DNA of 64,000 nt, taken from NCBI GenBank assembly GCA_047495785.1, contig JBLDXI010000029.1, positions 3,859,986-3,923,985 of the forward strand, read 5' to 3'. This DNA comes from Lepidodermella squamata. Lineage: Eukaryota; Animalia; Gastrotricha. Below, piece after piece: positions 1 through 10,939 of the stretch (positions within the stretch are counted from its first letter, which is position 1; each line of letters starts with the position of its first letter). The position numbers and the translations under genes are program-made. The notes below the pieces were generated by a model. The model made no database searches and had not been told where the DNA came from. It was given only the letters and a program-made list of their open reading frames with translations.

Positions 1-9
1 CAAATCTAG

Positions 10-3000
10 GACCCACCGTGCAAGTCGAAAGCTTGCGTTTGTGAGGACTGTACTAAGCGAAAAGGTTTCCCTCACTCATTTGACAGGTGTCGTCCGGGTA
101 CGTTTTTCCCACGCCCCACAGCATCGGAAAAATAACCATTTCTTTTATCTCAGTCACTTACATCAATTCCTTAGACGACTCCTGCATCCCCGATAGTCCT
201 GATGCTGTTCTAACCGTTACAGTACCCAACGCGGACTGTAATGAACAGAACAAACCCGAGTGCATCTTCGACAGGCAAGGAAATGGCTGCGACGCTGGGA
301 CACGATGCGGCAATGGAACTGATGGTTTTTGCGATGGTTACAACCGCGAGTGCATGCAAGATTGGTGCGTTTGCGTGGAGGAGAACGAGGTTTTCGACTA
401 CAACTACGGCGGTTGCGGTGCACGTCTCATCGGCGATCAGTGTAGAAAGTAGGGGGGGGGGGGGGGACGGTGGGTATCATCCTGGTCTCGGCGATGCTTC
501 ATCCCGACCTGGCAAGGGACGACAGCTCATCCCCGGGGGGATGAGGTTATATCCTGGTCTCCAGCCTAAACTGCACTGGGGACGATACTGGTAGCGGGGT
601 GAAGTTAGCGCAATCTGACGCCAAAATTTGAAATTTACGCGCAAAAGCCCTTTCAACTGTAAATCGCGAGATTGTAAAAATATAATTAAGAATATCTAAA
701 TTATATATGACATCCAGCACAATAATGGAATTATAAAAGAAGCGAGGTATAGACTTTTTACGCAAGGTGAGGTGAGGCAGACCTTAAAGCGGCAGACCTG
801 AGCCGTTCTCGTCCACTTTCATAGATATGCAAGAGTGTAGAGCAAATCTGGCGATAGATGGCGTAAATCTAAAGTCATATTCTGATTCCCAGACCCTCTT
901 TTAGTAAAGATGTTATATTTTCTTTCAGATCTAGATGATTTGCCACCTATGAGTCAATTTTTTCGATTTTTCACTTTGGACCATCTGAAAAATGTCATTC
1001 TGAAGGGTCTAGAGCAAATCTGGCGATAGATGGCGTAAATCTAAAGTCATATTCTGATTCCCAGACCCTCTTTTAGTAAAGATGTTATATTTTCTTTCAG
1101 ATCTAGATGATTTGCCACCTTTGAGTCAATTTTTTCGATTTTTCACTTTGGACCATCTGAAAAATGTCATTCTGAAGGGTCTAGAGCAAATCTGGCGATA
1201 GATGGCGTAAATCTAAAGTCATATTCTGATTCCCAGACCCTCTTTTAGTAAAGATGTTATATTTTCTTTCAGATCTAGATGATTTGCCACCTTTGAGTCA
1301 ATTTTTTCGAATTTTTTCGAAGAAGAATGACAAGGTTGACCGCCTCAAGAAGATCGTGAACTCATTGACGGACTTCACCTTTCTCGCTCAGCTGGCGTTC
1401 ATTCATGATGCCTTACGAGAGATGACCTGGTTATCCTTGACCCTTCAGAGGTCCGAATCGTCGCCCCTGGACGTTTGGCCTCATATAAGGCGAACTATTG
1501 AGCACCTCGACAACATGGGCGTGTCTGACGGTGTGAGCGTGTCAAATCTCATGAGCTCCTACGCCGAAAAACAGCTGAACGGCATTCCTCTTCGAAACTG
1601 CACTGATGCCGCCCTTGCAGCGTTTTCAGCAACAAAGTTGAAGCTATCCAGCAAGATGGCTGAAAGCCTGCGCGAACGTGTCTCGACATCGCAGAAATTT
1701 CTGGAAGCAGCTTCAGCCCTCGTCCCGCTTAACTGGCCGCCACGATCAAGTGTCAAGTTCCTCAAGTTCGGCGAGTTCGAAGTCGAAACTCTGGCAAATT
1801 CTTTTGGCCTTGATTGGTGGGCGGTGACGAAGGATCTACGCGATTGGAAAGAAGGTCGCGAACCCCTGCAATCGTCAGCGCTTGGTCAGCTCATGATAAA
1901 GTTGAAGACAGTCGCCGTCACTTCGTCTGACTGTGAGCGTGGATTTTCTGAAATGAACCGCACTCAATCAGACGATCGCAATAGGCTTTACGTTGTTACC
2001 ATGTCCTGTAAGTTTCAATTTGATGATTCGTAAATACTGGAATTAAAATCTTCGATTTATAGCTCTGATGTTCGTGTGTATTAATGGGCCTGCGATTCAC
2101 AACTTCGACCCAACTCAATTCGTGCGCTCATGGCTACAGAAGGGTCGTCGCAGTGCCCGTGATCAAGCCCGTCTTCCGGCTATAATCGACTCGCCGGTGG
2201 AGAAAATCAGGTCCACCATTTTTATACGAAAATAATTGATAGAATTAGGATGAATTCAATCTCAAAATTAGCTTTGTCTCGTCCAATGGTAGGACGCTGC
2301 CCCTAAAAGGCGGAAATCTTGGTTCGATTCCAAGGACAAAGAATGCTTTGAGAAATATAGGAAGAATGTGAATAGATGATGCGAGCGAACGCGTAGCGTT
2401 CGCGAGCGAAATTTTTTGACCAAAATACTCTATCCCCCCCTCAGGAAAATTCCTACTTTCTACGCTGTCGGCGATTCATGCTCAAAGGATTCGGAATGCG
2501 CTGTTATGCCCCAATATGGCAAGAAGAACTACTTGGTCTGCCGCAGTGGCAAATGCGCCTGCGATATCGAGGTTTCTGTTGAAACTGAGTACCGTGAATA
2601 CAATGAAGAGCGGAACAGCTTCGATGTCAAACGTGCTTGTTTGCATAAGAATGCCACGATTAACCTAAAACAGGGCGAGGAGTGTGACCTTCCCGAGAAC
2701 AGCCGGGAATGGAGATGGATGGGCGGCAAATGGCAATGGAACTGGCAAGAAGGCACGGTTCGCGTTTGCGAGAAATCACTTATTTGCCTCGCTTGCATCG
2801 AAGATGGCGACGTAGGCTTGTGCCGTGAGTTTTGAGGTTGCTTTTCTAAGTCTATTTAACCCTGGGTGGTTTATTTACTTTTTTATGTTTTTGCTGCGTT
2901 GGTTATATCGTTAGCGACGTTGAATAACTCGGATTTAGGCTTGTTTACAGCATTTTCGAAGCGACGGTTGACAAATAAAATGCGGTGTTTTTAGCGTGAA

Positions 3001-4554
3001 TGAAGAGGCAAAACAAAAGACTGTTTCCTTGTCACCTCGCACTTTGAAACGATGTAAACAAGTCTAAATCCGACTTACTCAAGGTCGCTAACGATATGGT
3101 TGTTAAATCATAAATAAATACCGGGTGAAAACAATCAAAAACCACTCTGTGAAAACTGCAGTAAACACCATGAACAGCTCTGAGTTAACAGTACCATTAA
3201 CAGGCAAGTTCAATGGACCCATTGGAATGACGGCTGAACAATGCGGGCGTAAAACATTCGTCTATTCCGGTCCGAAGTCCTCGGAGAGTGCTCCATTCAA
3301 GAGCTTTTCCAGGCAACGCCTGATCACAAGTGAGAACACAGTGATGCAATGTATAATTTCGTTAATAAAATTGTCTATTAATTAATAGATTGCACAGATG
3401 CCTCGGTGAAATGCCCACAAAATCAAAGATGCGAATCCTTCTCCACTTTTGTAAGGAAGTTCGCTTCGCGAATTACCTGCTTCTCTATTCACAACCCTAA
3501 ATAATCTAGGACCCACCGTGCACGTCGAAAGCTTGTGTTTGTAACGACTGCGCTCTGCGACCATTGGAATATGGCGATGAATGTGTTCCAAGTTTGTTTT
3601 TCTCTTTATAAAACCGTAGAATTTTTCATTTCTTCACCATGCAGCTACTTACATCAACTCCTTAAACTCTACCTGCACATCCACCCCTGGCGAGGTTGTA
3701 ACCATACCCGGCGCGGCCTGTCATTCACCATCGAACAAAACCCAGTGCCTTAATGGCACACAGGGCAATGGTTGTAATACTGTGGCAAGATGCTCATCTG
3801 ACGAAGATTGTTCTGGCAACGAACGCATTTGCAAGCAGGGATGGTGCGTTTGCAAGTTTAAGTACCAGGTTTTCGACTACAACACCGGCAGGTGCGTCGA
3901 ACGACAAATCGGCGATCCGTGTTCAAAAGACACCGACTGCACTATTGAGTACAATCTCAGCACTTTCTTGGTCTGCCGCAGTGGCAAATGCGTCTGTGAG
4001 AAGTATTCTGTTGAAACCGAGTTCCTTGAATACAATCAGGAGTGGAATAGCTTAGAGGTCAAGCGGGCTTGTATTAGTGAGGAGTCCACGTTTAACTTGG
4101 AACAGGGCGAGAAGTGCGACGTTCTGTTAAACGGCCGGAAGTGGAACTTGAAGTGGAGACCGGAGTGGGGTCTTAGCCAGTACTTGGAGCCCTATGAGGA
4201 CAGCAAGATTCGCCTTTGCAAAAAATCACTGATTTGCTTCGCTTGCATAGAAGATGGCGACGGGGGACTGTGCCGTGAGTTTTGACGTGGCTTTTCAATG
4301 TGAATTTGACTGTACCATTAATAATAGGCAAGTTCAATGGAACCATTGGAAAGTCGGCTGAACAATGCGGGCGAAAAAAATTCGTCTATTCTGGCCCGAA
4401 TCCCTTAGAAAGCGCTCCGACCAAGTCAATTTCTAGGCAACGCCACCTGACAAGTAAGCACAAAGATACCATTGCCGGAAAGAACGGCGTGACTTCGGCT
4501 GTGTCCTCCGCCACAATCCTGGCTGCTGTCTTGCTCGTCGTTTCAGCTTTGTAG
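10..4554 (+). CDS. Cys-rich EB-module-like surface protein, gene A. At least two tandem units; 5' end lies upstream of the window; interrupted by a hAT element.
   Basis: Exons inferred: 10-97, 154-437 + 2476-2824 (split by the hAT), 3204-3329, 3389-3450, 3510-3591, 3644-4274, 4328-4554. The family motifs DPPCxSKACVC, GNGC, IGDxCSxDxDC, LVCRSGKCxC and QCGRKxFVYS each occur twice. Ends in a hydrophobic tail (SATILAAVLLVVSAL). Confidence 0.8.
838..1310. repeat. 172-bp tandem repeat (~2.7 copies) inside the hAT element
   Basis: GATGTTATATTTTC recurs at 909, 1081 and 1253; the copies are near-identical. Confidence 0.95.
1311..2235 (+). pseudogene. hAT transposase C-terminal part (dimerization domain), N-terminus missing
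   Basis: ORF 1254-2033 contains VTSSDCERGFSEMN (hAT dimerization motif). After an intron (gtaagt at 2008 to tttatag at 2061) the frame continues LMFVCINGP...FDPTQFVRSWLQKGRR, typical of ZNF862/KIAA1586-like hAT transposases. Confidence 0.8.
2272..2342 (+). tRNA. tRNA-like cloverleaf (anticodon TAA, C33, short variable loop) inside the hAT element; function unproven
   Basis: Acceptor CTTTGTC/GACAAAG, D stem GTCC/GGAC, anticodon stem CTGCC/GGCGG with loop CCTAAAA, T stem CTTGG/CCAAG with loop TTCGATT. Confidence 0.65.
2905..3097. mobile_element. MITE in an intron of gene A (same family as 61847-62022)
   Basis: ~45-bp imperfect TIRs, ATATCGTTAGCGACGTTGAATAACTCGGATTTAGGCTTGTTTACA and its reverse complement ending at 3097. 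Confidence 0.8.
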
Positions 4555-6283
4555 TAGCTGAATTAATTGATCCGGCGTATTTATCTGAGGCTGACTGATA
4601 GCGACAATGCTTTCGAAATGCTGAGCTTTGAACAAATCTTATTGACATATCTCATTCACGTATTGCCGGTACTAAATGTTGAAACAGTTGTAAAATTTAA
4701 TTTTCAAGGTTGAAAGTTTCATATATTAATGAATGCTTCTGCTTATGTTGCGGCCGAGGTATGCAATCGCTCTCAACGGAGCTCTCTGAATAATTATTTA
4801 GATATAAATAAAGTCAAGTCTAACAAGGTGTTCAGAGTGTAATGAAGGTTGGCTGACGAATATCGTCATTTTATTTGTGTGAGCGATCATGTTTGCAAAT
4901 TTATACCAGGATTCTTAATTATCGAAATGCACAGATACGGCGAAAACAAACGATGTTCAGGTCATGGCGTGGAACGATGATACTGACGTTTTCGAGACGT
5001 AGTCGATTTGTTTGAATAAGGCGTATAATTTTGCATTTTGGGAACGATATCTGCTCACATCCGACAATCCGGCGCAAATTATCTCATGGTTTCTCGACTT
5101 ACGGTCCTGATTGTCGCATCAGGGTTTACAGTGATTTCCGGCTTGCCGTTATAGAAGTTGGTAATCGAAACCGGTGGATTTGATTATGTGGTCAAGAGGC
5201 CCGCGGCACTACGGTTACTCGCATGAGCAAATTCTTCAGCTCTAAATTTTGCCACAAACGGACTTTCTGAAAAATTGAGCCTTATCAATGATCCATTTAT
5301 TCATTCATTCAGTAATTCATTGCATTTTAATTAACGACAATGGAGATATTATAGCGTGATTCACATGGCTCCCTAATGATTTTAAAATCGGCTAAACATT
5401 CCGGAAAATTAAATTGTGACACATTTTTGAGTCGGAGCAGCTGCACATATATGTGCAACTGTTAGGCCATTGACATCATAATCGAATTCCATCGGGTTAA
5501 CTAGCTTCCAGCCACGATAGGTAATGATTTTTGTTAAGAAGAAATGCAGGCTGTGAGCTATGAGTGAGATGAGTCACAATCCAAAAAGAGAGGTACTAAA
5601 TTGGGGTTAGCTTTCTTTACTTGGAAAAGGACAAAACCAGGGTAAAACAACTACTCTAAAATAGAAAAGTAGGGCGTAATGCGTTTTCTCCCTCTCCACT
5701 GAAGAGTACCTAGGTGCAAAAGGTTATTTTACGCCATTCGCTTCTATTTTAGAGCGCAACACGCAATGCATATTTACCATTGCGCATACGCATGTTGTAT
5801 TATGACAGCTATGATTTTAGCACTTTTCTTTGTCTGTGTCCCAAGTACTTACAATACCGTGAGAGTAAAAATCCTACATTTGACAAGTCCTAAGAATAAA
5901 TGATAATTTCGAGGGATTACGGAATCGCAAACAATTATTAAGAAAGCGATTAATTTGTTGGGAGTAGCAAGATTCAATTTCGGTCACTCGTGTGTCGCTG
6001 CCATACTGAGTGGTAAAGGATATCAGTTATTTACTCAGAAAATAAGATTTTTTCGTTTAAGGAATTTTTTTTCGAGGTTAAGAATTTTTGAAATAGAGAC
6101 AAAAAAGGTATTTGGCCCACCTCAAATATTCGAAAAATGTCGGTAGAAAATTCCCCACCTCTGATGGCACCAGCGCTCGCCGGTCAAACTCTGACATAAT
6201 GTTTAATAAAAAATGTTGAAAGCCGCTCAGTCCAAGGTCGTGCGGAGTGAAAAAACGCCATCTTTGGCTAAAAGCGTTGTTAT

Positions 6284-6620
6284 ATATCTCATTTGTCATT
6301 TTTTTACTGCTCCGTGAATCTGTAATAATATATACGCTCGCTCACACACCGCTAGAATGCGTGTTTTTTTACTTAAGAAGGCATAAAAATAACAGAAAAT
6401 GCGCGGCCAGGCGGTGGAATGACGTGGAAAGATATTCGGGCGGGATGGTGATGCAGGTGTGAAGCGTACATAAAACAAATTACATAACCGGCGAGCATGC
6501 ACCGAGGCAGTTGAACTTTACGCGCAAGAATGTCATACCGCAGTTAAAGACTATAAAATTACACGCCGAAGATTTATTTCTTCTAGAAGTTACATTTTCT
6601 TCTTCTATTCAGCATTCAGC
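6284..6620 (+). promoter_or_regulatory. Conserved upstream/promoter block of gene B (paralogous to 10573-10939)
   Basis: High identity to the region upstream of gene C; contains GAAAGATATTCGGGC, GAGCATGCACCGAGGCA and a TATAAAA box at ~6552. Confidence 0.65.
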
Positions 6621-7861
6621 ATGCTAACAAGAATCATTTTGGTGAGACTTTTCAACAAAATTTGTGAATATTTTTCTTATTTCCTTCCTGAAAATCAGAC
6701 GTTGTGTCTTGTATCGAGCGCATTGGGGCAAAAACTTTCTACAAGTAAGCCTCGCGATGCTTTATAGAGTTGCGTTGACATCATTCTTTAATTGATAGAT
6801 TGCACAGATGCCTCGGTGAAATGCCCAGATAATCAAAGATGCGAAGCCTTCTCCACTTTTGTAAGGAATTTCGTTTTGCAGGCAGTTTGCTTTTTTATTC
6901 AAAAACTCAATTCTAGGACCCACCATGCAAGTCGAAGGCTTGCGTTTGTAACGACTGCGCTGTTCGAGGAGAATATGGCGATGATTGTGTCCCGAGTATG
7001 TTTTTCTTTCGCTAGATAGATTCGCAGAATTTCTCATTCCTTTCATCTCAGTTACCTACGTCAACGCCCTGGGCGCAGCCTGCAATACGCCTGGTGCTGT
7101 TATAACCATACCCGCCGCAGATTGTGATAAGCCAGCGAACAAAGCCCGATGCCTGCTTAGTACCCAGGGCAATGGCTGTGATGCCGGGACGAAATGCTCA
7201 TCCAACGATCAGTGTGCTGGCTACGACCGCACTTGCGAGCAGGGTTGGTGCGTTTGCAGGGAGAAGTTTCAGGTTTTCGACTACAACACCGGCAGGTGCG
7301 TCGAACGTCAAATCGGCGATTCGTGCTCGAACGACACCGACTGCGCTATCACACGCGATAAGAAGAACTACTTGGTCTGCCGTAGTGGCAAATGCGCCTG
7401 TGATACGGCCGCTGGTGTTGAAACCGAGTACCGTGAATATAATCAGCTGTGGAATACCTTCGATGTTAAGCGTGCTTGTTTGAACAAAAAGGCCACGGTT
7501 AACGTGAAACAGGGAGAACGATGTGACCCAGTTGTCAACAACATCAACTATGAAACGGCTAAGGTTTGCGAAAAATCGCTGGTCTGCTTCGCCTGCATGG
7601 AAGATAGCGGACTGTGCCGTGAGTTTCTAAGTATACTCTTTGAAATCTGAAGTTAACTCGATTTTTCCAGGCAAGTTCAACGGACCTATTGGAAAGTCGG
7701 CTGATCAATGCGGGCGACAAAAGTTTGTGTATTCGGGTCAAAAGCCGTTGGATGATGCTCCGATCAAGACTGCCTCGGGCAAGAGCGGTGCGACTGTCAT
7801 CGCATCCTCGGTCTCGGCGCCAATCCTTGCTGCTTTCTTGCTCATTGTTTCGGCTTATTAA
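6621..7861 (+). CDS. Cys-rich EB-module-like secreted/GPI-anchored protein, gene B (6 exons)
   Basis: Exons 6621-6641, 6699-6744, 6799-6860, 6917-6995, 7052-7618, 7671-7861. Signal peptide MLTRIIL/TLCLVSSALG; C-terminal tail ASGKSGATVIASSVSAPILAAFLLIVSAY. Confidence 0.9.
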
Positions 7862-10800
7862 AAACTTTATTGGTTTCCAAAGCATCAGATGTCAGAAAAA
7901 TATGACGATGCTTTCAGAATTGCAATTCCCCAGCTTTACACATTACCGACTGAAATAACTCATCTGATAAATAAAAAAGTTTTTTTTGAGTTCAACGTTA
8001 ACTGGATTAGAAGGGCGTGAAGGCCTCAACCGTTCTGCAACACCTGAGGTGCGATTTCAAACAACACGCTCAACCTTTCATTATTCTTGACTGTGATCAG
8101 GTTTTTGGGCATGCCCGCACTATACGAGCGTGATATCTGCTCATTCAGGAATACCCGGTCCGTTTTTGCTAATAGGGACAACCCGTTATAGATGTAGGTG
8201 AATCAAGGCCGGCAGATTCAATTATATGTGGTCAAGGGTCAAGGGACCCAACAGTTGCGCGTATGGGTGGATGTGAGCTACTCCAAAATTGCCAACATTC
8301 GATGGTAGTGACACCAAAAATGCGTCTCATGGTTTAATCCAACAAAAGAGCGCAGCCTACCGAAATGAGTCGGGTTAAAAGCGTTTGTTAATATTATCTA
8401 TCCATTTCACTTACGTCATATAATTAACAAAAAACATCAGTGAAGTAAAAAGACGAGAAATTAAACAAACAATTCAAGTCGAAGGGCGAAAATGAAGTGG
8501 CGAAAAATGGTAAGTTCAAGCTATGTGATTCATAGGAGCTTCTTTGTTAGCTCTTTGAGACGAATGGCTGACGAGATTTTTTACTTCGCCGCCAAAACAC
8601 GCCACAGTTTTTCCCATTTTTTAATGCGAGGACCGGGGCATTTAGTCAGGGGTCAAATCGTAGCGAATACTAGAATAGTAGAGAAGAATTCCGCAATTTT
8701 TGACAATTTCGGTTGCAAATATCCGACATAGCCGGTCGAATTTGTTGCCATTTAATCAGCGGATGTACCTGAAATTAAATGAGAATATATATCAATTACT
8801 AGCTACAAAATCAGAGATCGGGTTAATTCGATTCTTAGCTTGTAAGCTTTTCTTAATAATCCGAGAAATTTCCAAAAAATTATAATAAATTTTAGAATTA
8901 TGAATTTAAATATTTGAGGAATTTTTCCCATGAAAACGAGCGATATCAGCACATTTCGAAATTTTGAAACGATAAGACCTGGTTTTTTTCGTAAGATGTA
9001 AACTTCTGCTTTCTTCAGTTACCTAAAAGCGTGATTTTTTCCCGCGACCTCGAACGGCTAGTAGCCCATGTTTCCGTGCAGCTTCGGTACAGCGCACCGA
9101 CATGCACTAGGCGCTGTTTACGAGTTGCGTCATGCAAAGTGACAATCTCCAGTAAACATTGCTTTCCGCAGTATGACGTCTGGGACCAATAAGCTACGGC
9201 TAGTACTGAACGCTAGTACCGCTCCGGCTACCTAGGTTACAATAGTAATTATCTGAAATAATCAATATTTAAAATCAAGTAGCATATATATGGCGAGAAA
9301 GCAACACATCTACTTCTTCTTCAAGCCCCATAGGGCACATCCAATGCCAGCAAAAGTTTGTTATTTTTGCGAGTTTTCTGAGCTGCGAACTGGTGTGATG
9401 GTGGGCCAGATGAACTGCCATCGGCCCATTCATCTGGCTGTCGTTTAAGGCAGAGAGCGAAGCCCTACCATTACATCGTTACATCGGCCCATACGGTGAG
9501 GTCGGTCAAGGACCACAGGGGATTTCGCCGTCCTACTTCGCTCTTTGTTTTAATCCTTTCATGGCCGATTTTGTAACCCGCTTCTCTCTATCCATCACCG
9601 TAAAGGCTGTTCAAAAAGTGATCGAAATCGCCCTATTGGCCCAGCTGATTTCAGCACATTTTTCAAACACCCTAGTTTCAGCATCAGATGCTCTCATAAT
9701 TGAATTTTCATGTTCTAAGCCTCTCCTTCAACACTCCTTGACAATCTCCCTTTTTTATTTCGAGGAACAAATTAGTTGAAACCAGTTTTCAAAGTCAGCA
9801 TTTTTATCAGTTTTCAGCCAAGTCAGCTTTTTCACACACTATGGCGGACACGATATCATTTTTAGTTTTATCAATAAAAGATGAGAAACCACCGTAATTT
9901 CGAAATTTCAATCTCAGGTAGACTATTTTAAAACAGCTACAATGTGCTGACCATGCCAAATAACGGCGCGTTCGTTTGAAATTCTTATAGTTAACATCGA
10001 AAAGTCGTATTCCTTAAACGGGTGATGAACAATTCATCAAATTAAAATTACTGCAGATTTTCAAAGTCTAAATTCCAAAATCGCCCTTATGTATACGGCC
10101 ATGAAAGGTTGAAGACGATCACAACTTCCACGACCATTAAAATTTGCAAGAATGAGCGTTCTCTTCAAGAATTGCTATTCCGAGTAGGGAAACAAATAAT
10201 TGAAATCAAATGTGGAGGCTTAGTTTGAATTTTACGTTGCAAAAAAAATTATGAATGAATTTTAGAAGAATAATTAGGTCAGCTCAAGGCGCAGGATAGC
10301 AATTATCAAGATTTTCAAACCGAATTACTTCTCGGGAGTCGTAAAAATGAATTTCGGTCGCTGTCTTTAGGTGTTAAAGGAAATTACTCGTTTGTTTAGG
10401 AAAGATATTTTTCGTCTACAGAAGTTTTTCCAAGGTTAAGATTTTGTACAGTTTGTAAAGAAAAATTCGAAAAATTGTTTTTAAAAAATATGGTATCGGC
10501 GTTCTATGAAATAATGTTGTTTGCAAACTGTTGATAAGCCGTTACTTAATGGCAAAAAAAAACTGTGATATACATCTCATTTGTCATTTTTTACTGCTCC
10601 GTGAATCTGTAATAATATATATGTTCGCTCACACACCGTAGAATGCGTGTTTTTTACTTAAGAAGGCATAAAAAATAACAGAAAATGCGCCGGCCGGGCG
10701 GTGGAATGATGTGGAAAGATATTCGGGCGTGATGATGATACAGGTGTGAGGCGTACATACAACAACTTATATGACTGGCGAGCATGCACCGAGGCAGTTG

Positions 10801-10939
10801 AACTCTTCGTGCAAGAATGTCATAATGCCGCTACTATAAAATTGCTTTATTTGCTGTAGTACGACAGTCTTGCTTTTTACACGCCGAAGATTTATTTCTT
10901 CAACATTTTACGTTTTCGACTTTTCTTTAGCCAAGCAAC

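Larger units (their letters stand above)
438..2467 (+). mobile_element. hAT DNA transposon, internally deleted, inserted in an exon of gene A
   Basis: TIRs CAGTGTAGAAAGTAGG (438-453) and CCTACTTTCTACGCTG (2452-2467) match at 15/16. 8-bp TSD TCGGCGAT at 430-437 and 2468-2475. Removing the element restores IGD-SCS. Confidence 0.95.

Noticed and set aside
452-467. Long G run (and the C run at ~19436-19451) as a G-quadruplex or regulatory signal
   Set aside because: These sit in transposon subterminal regions, and homopolymer lengths are unreliable.
838-1310. Tandem repeats as a possible CRISPR array
   Set aside because: Contiguous 172-bp units with no unique spacers, eukaryotic context and no cas genes.
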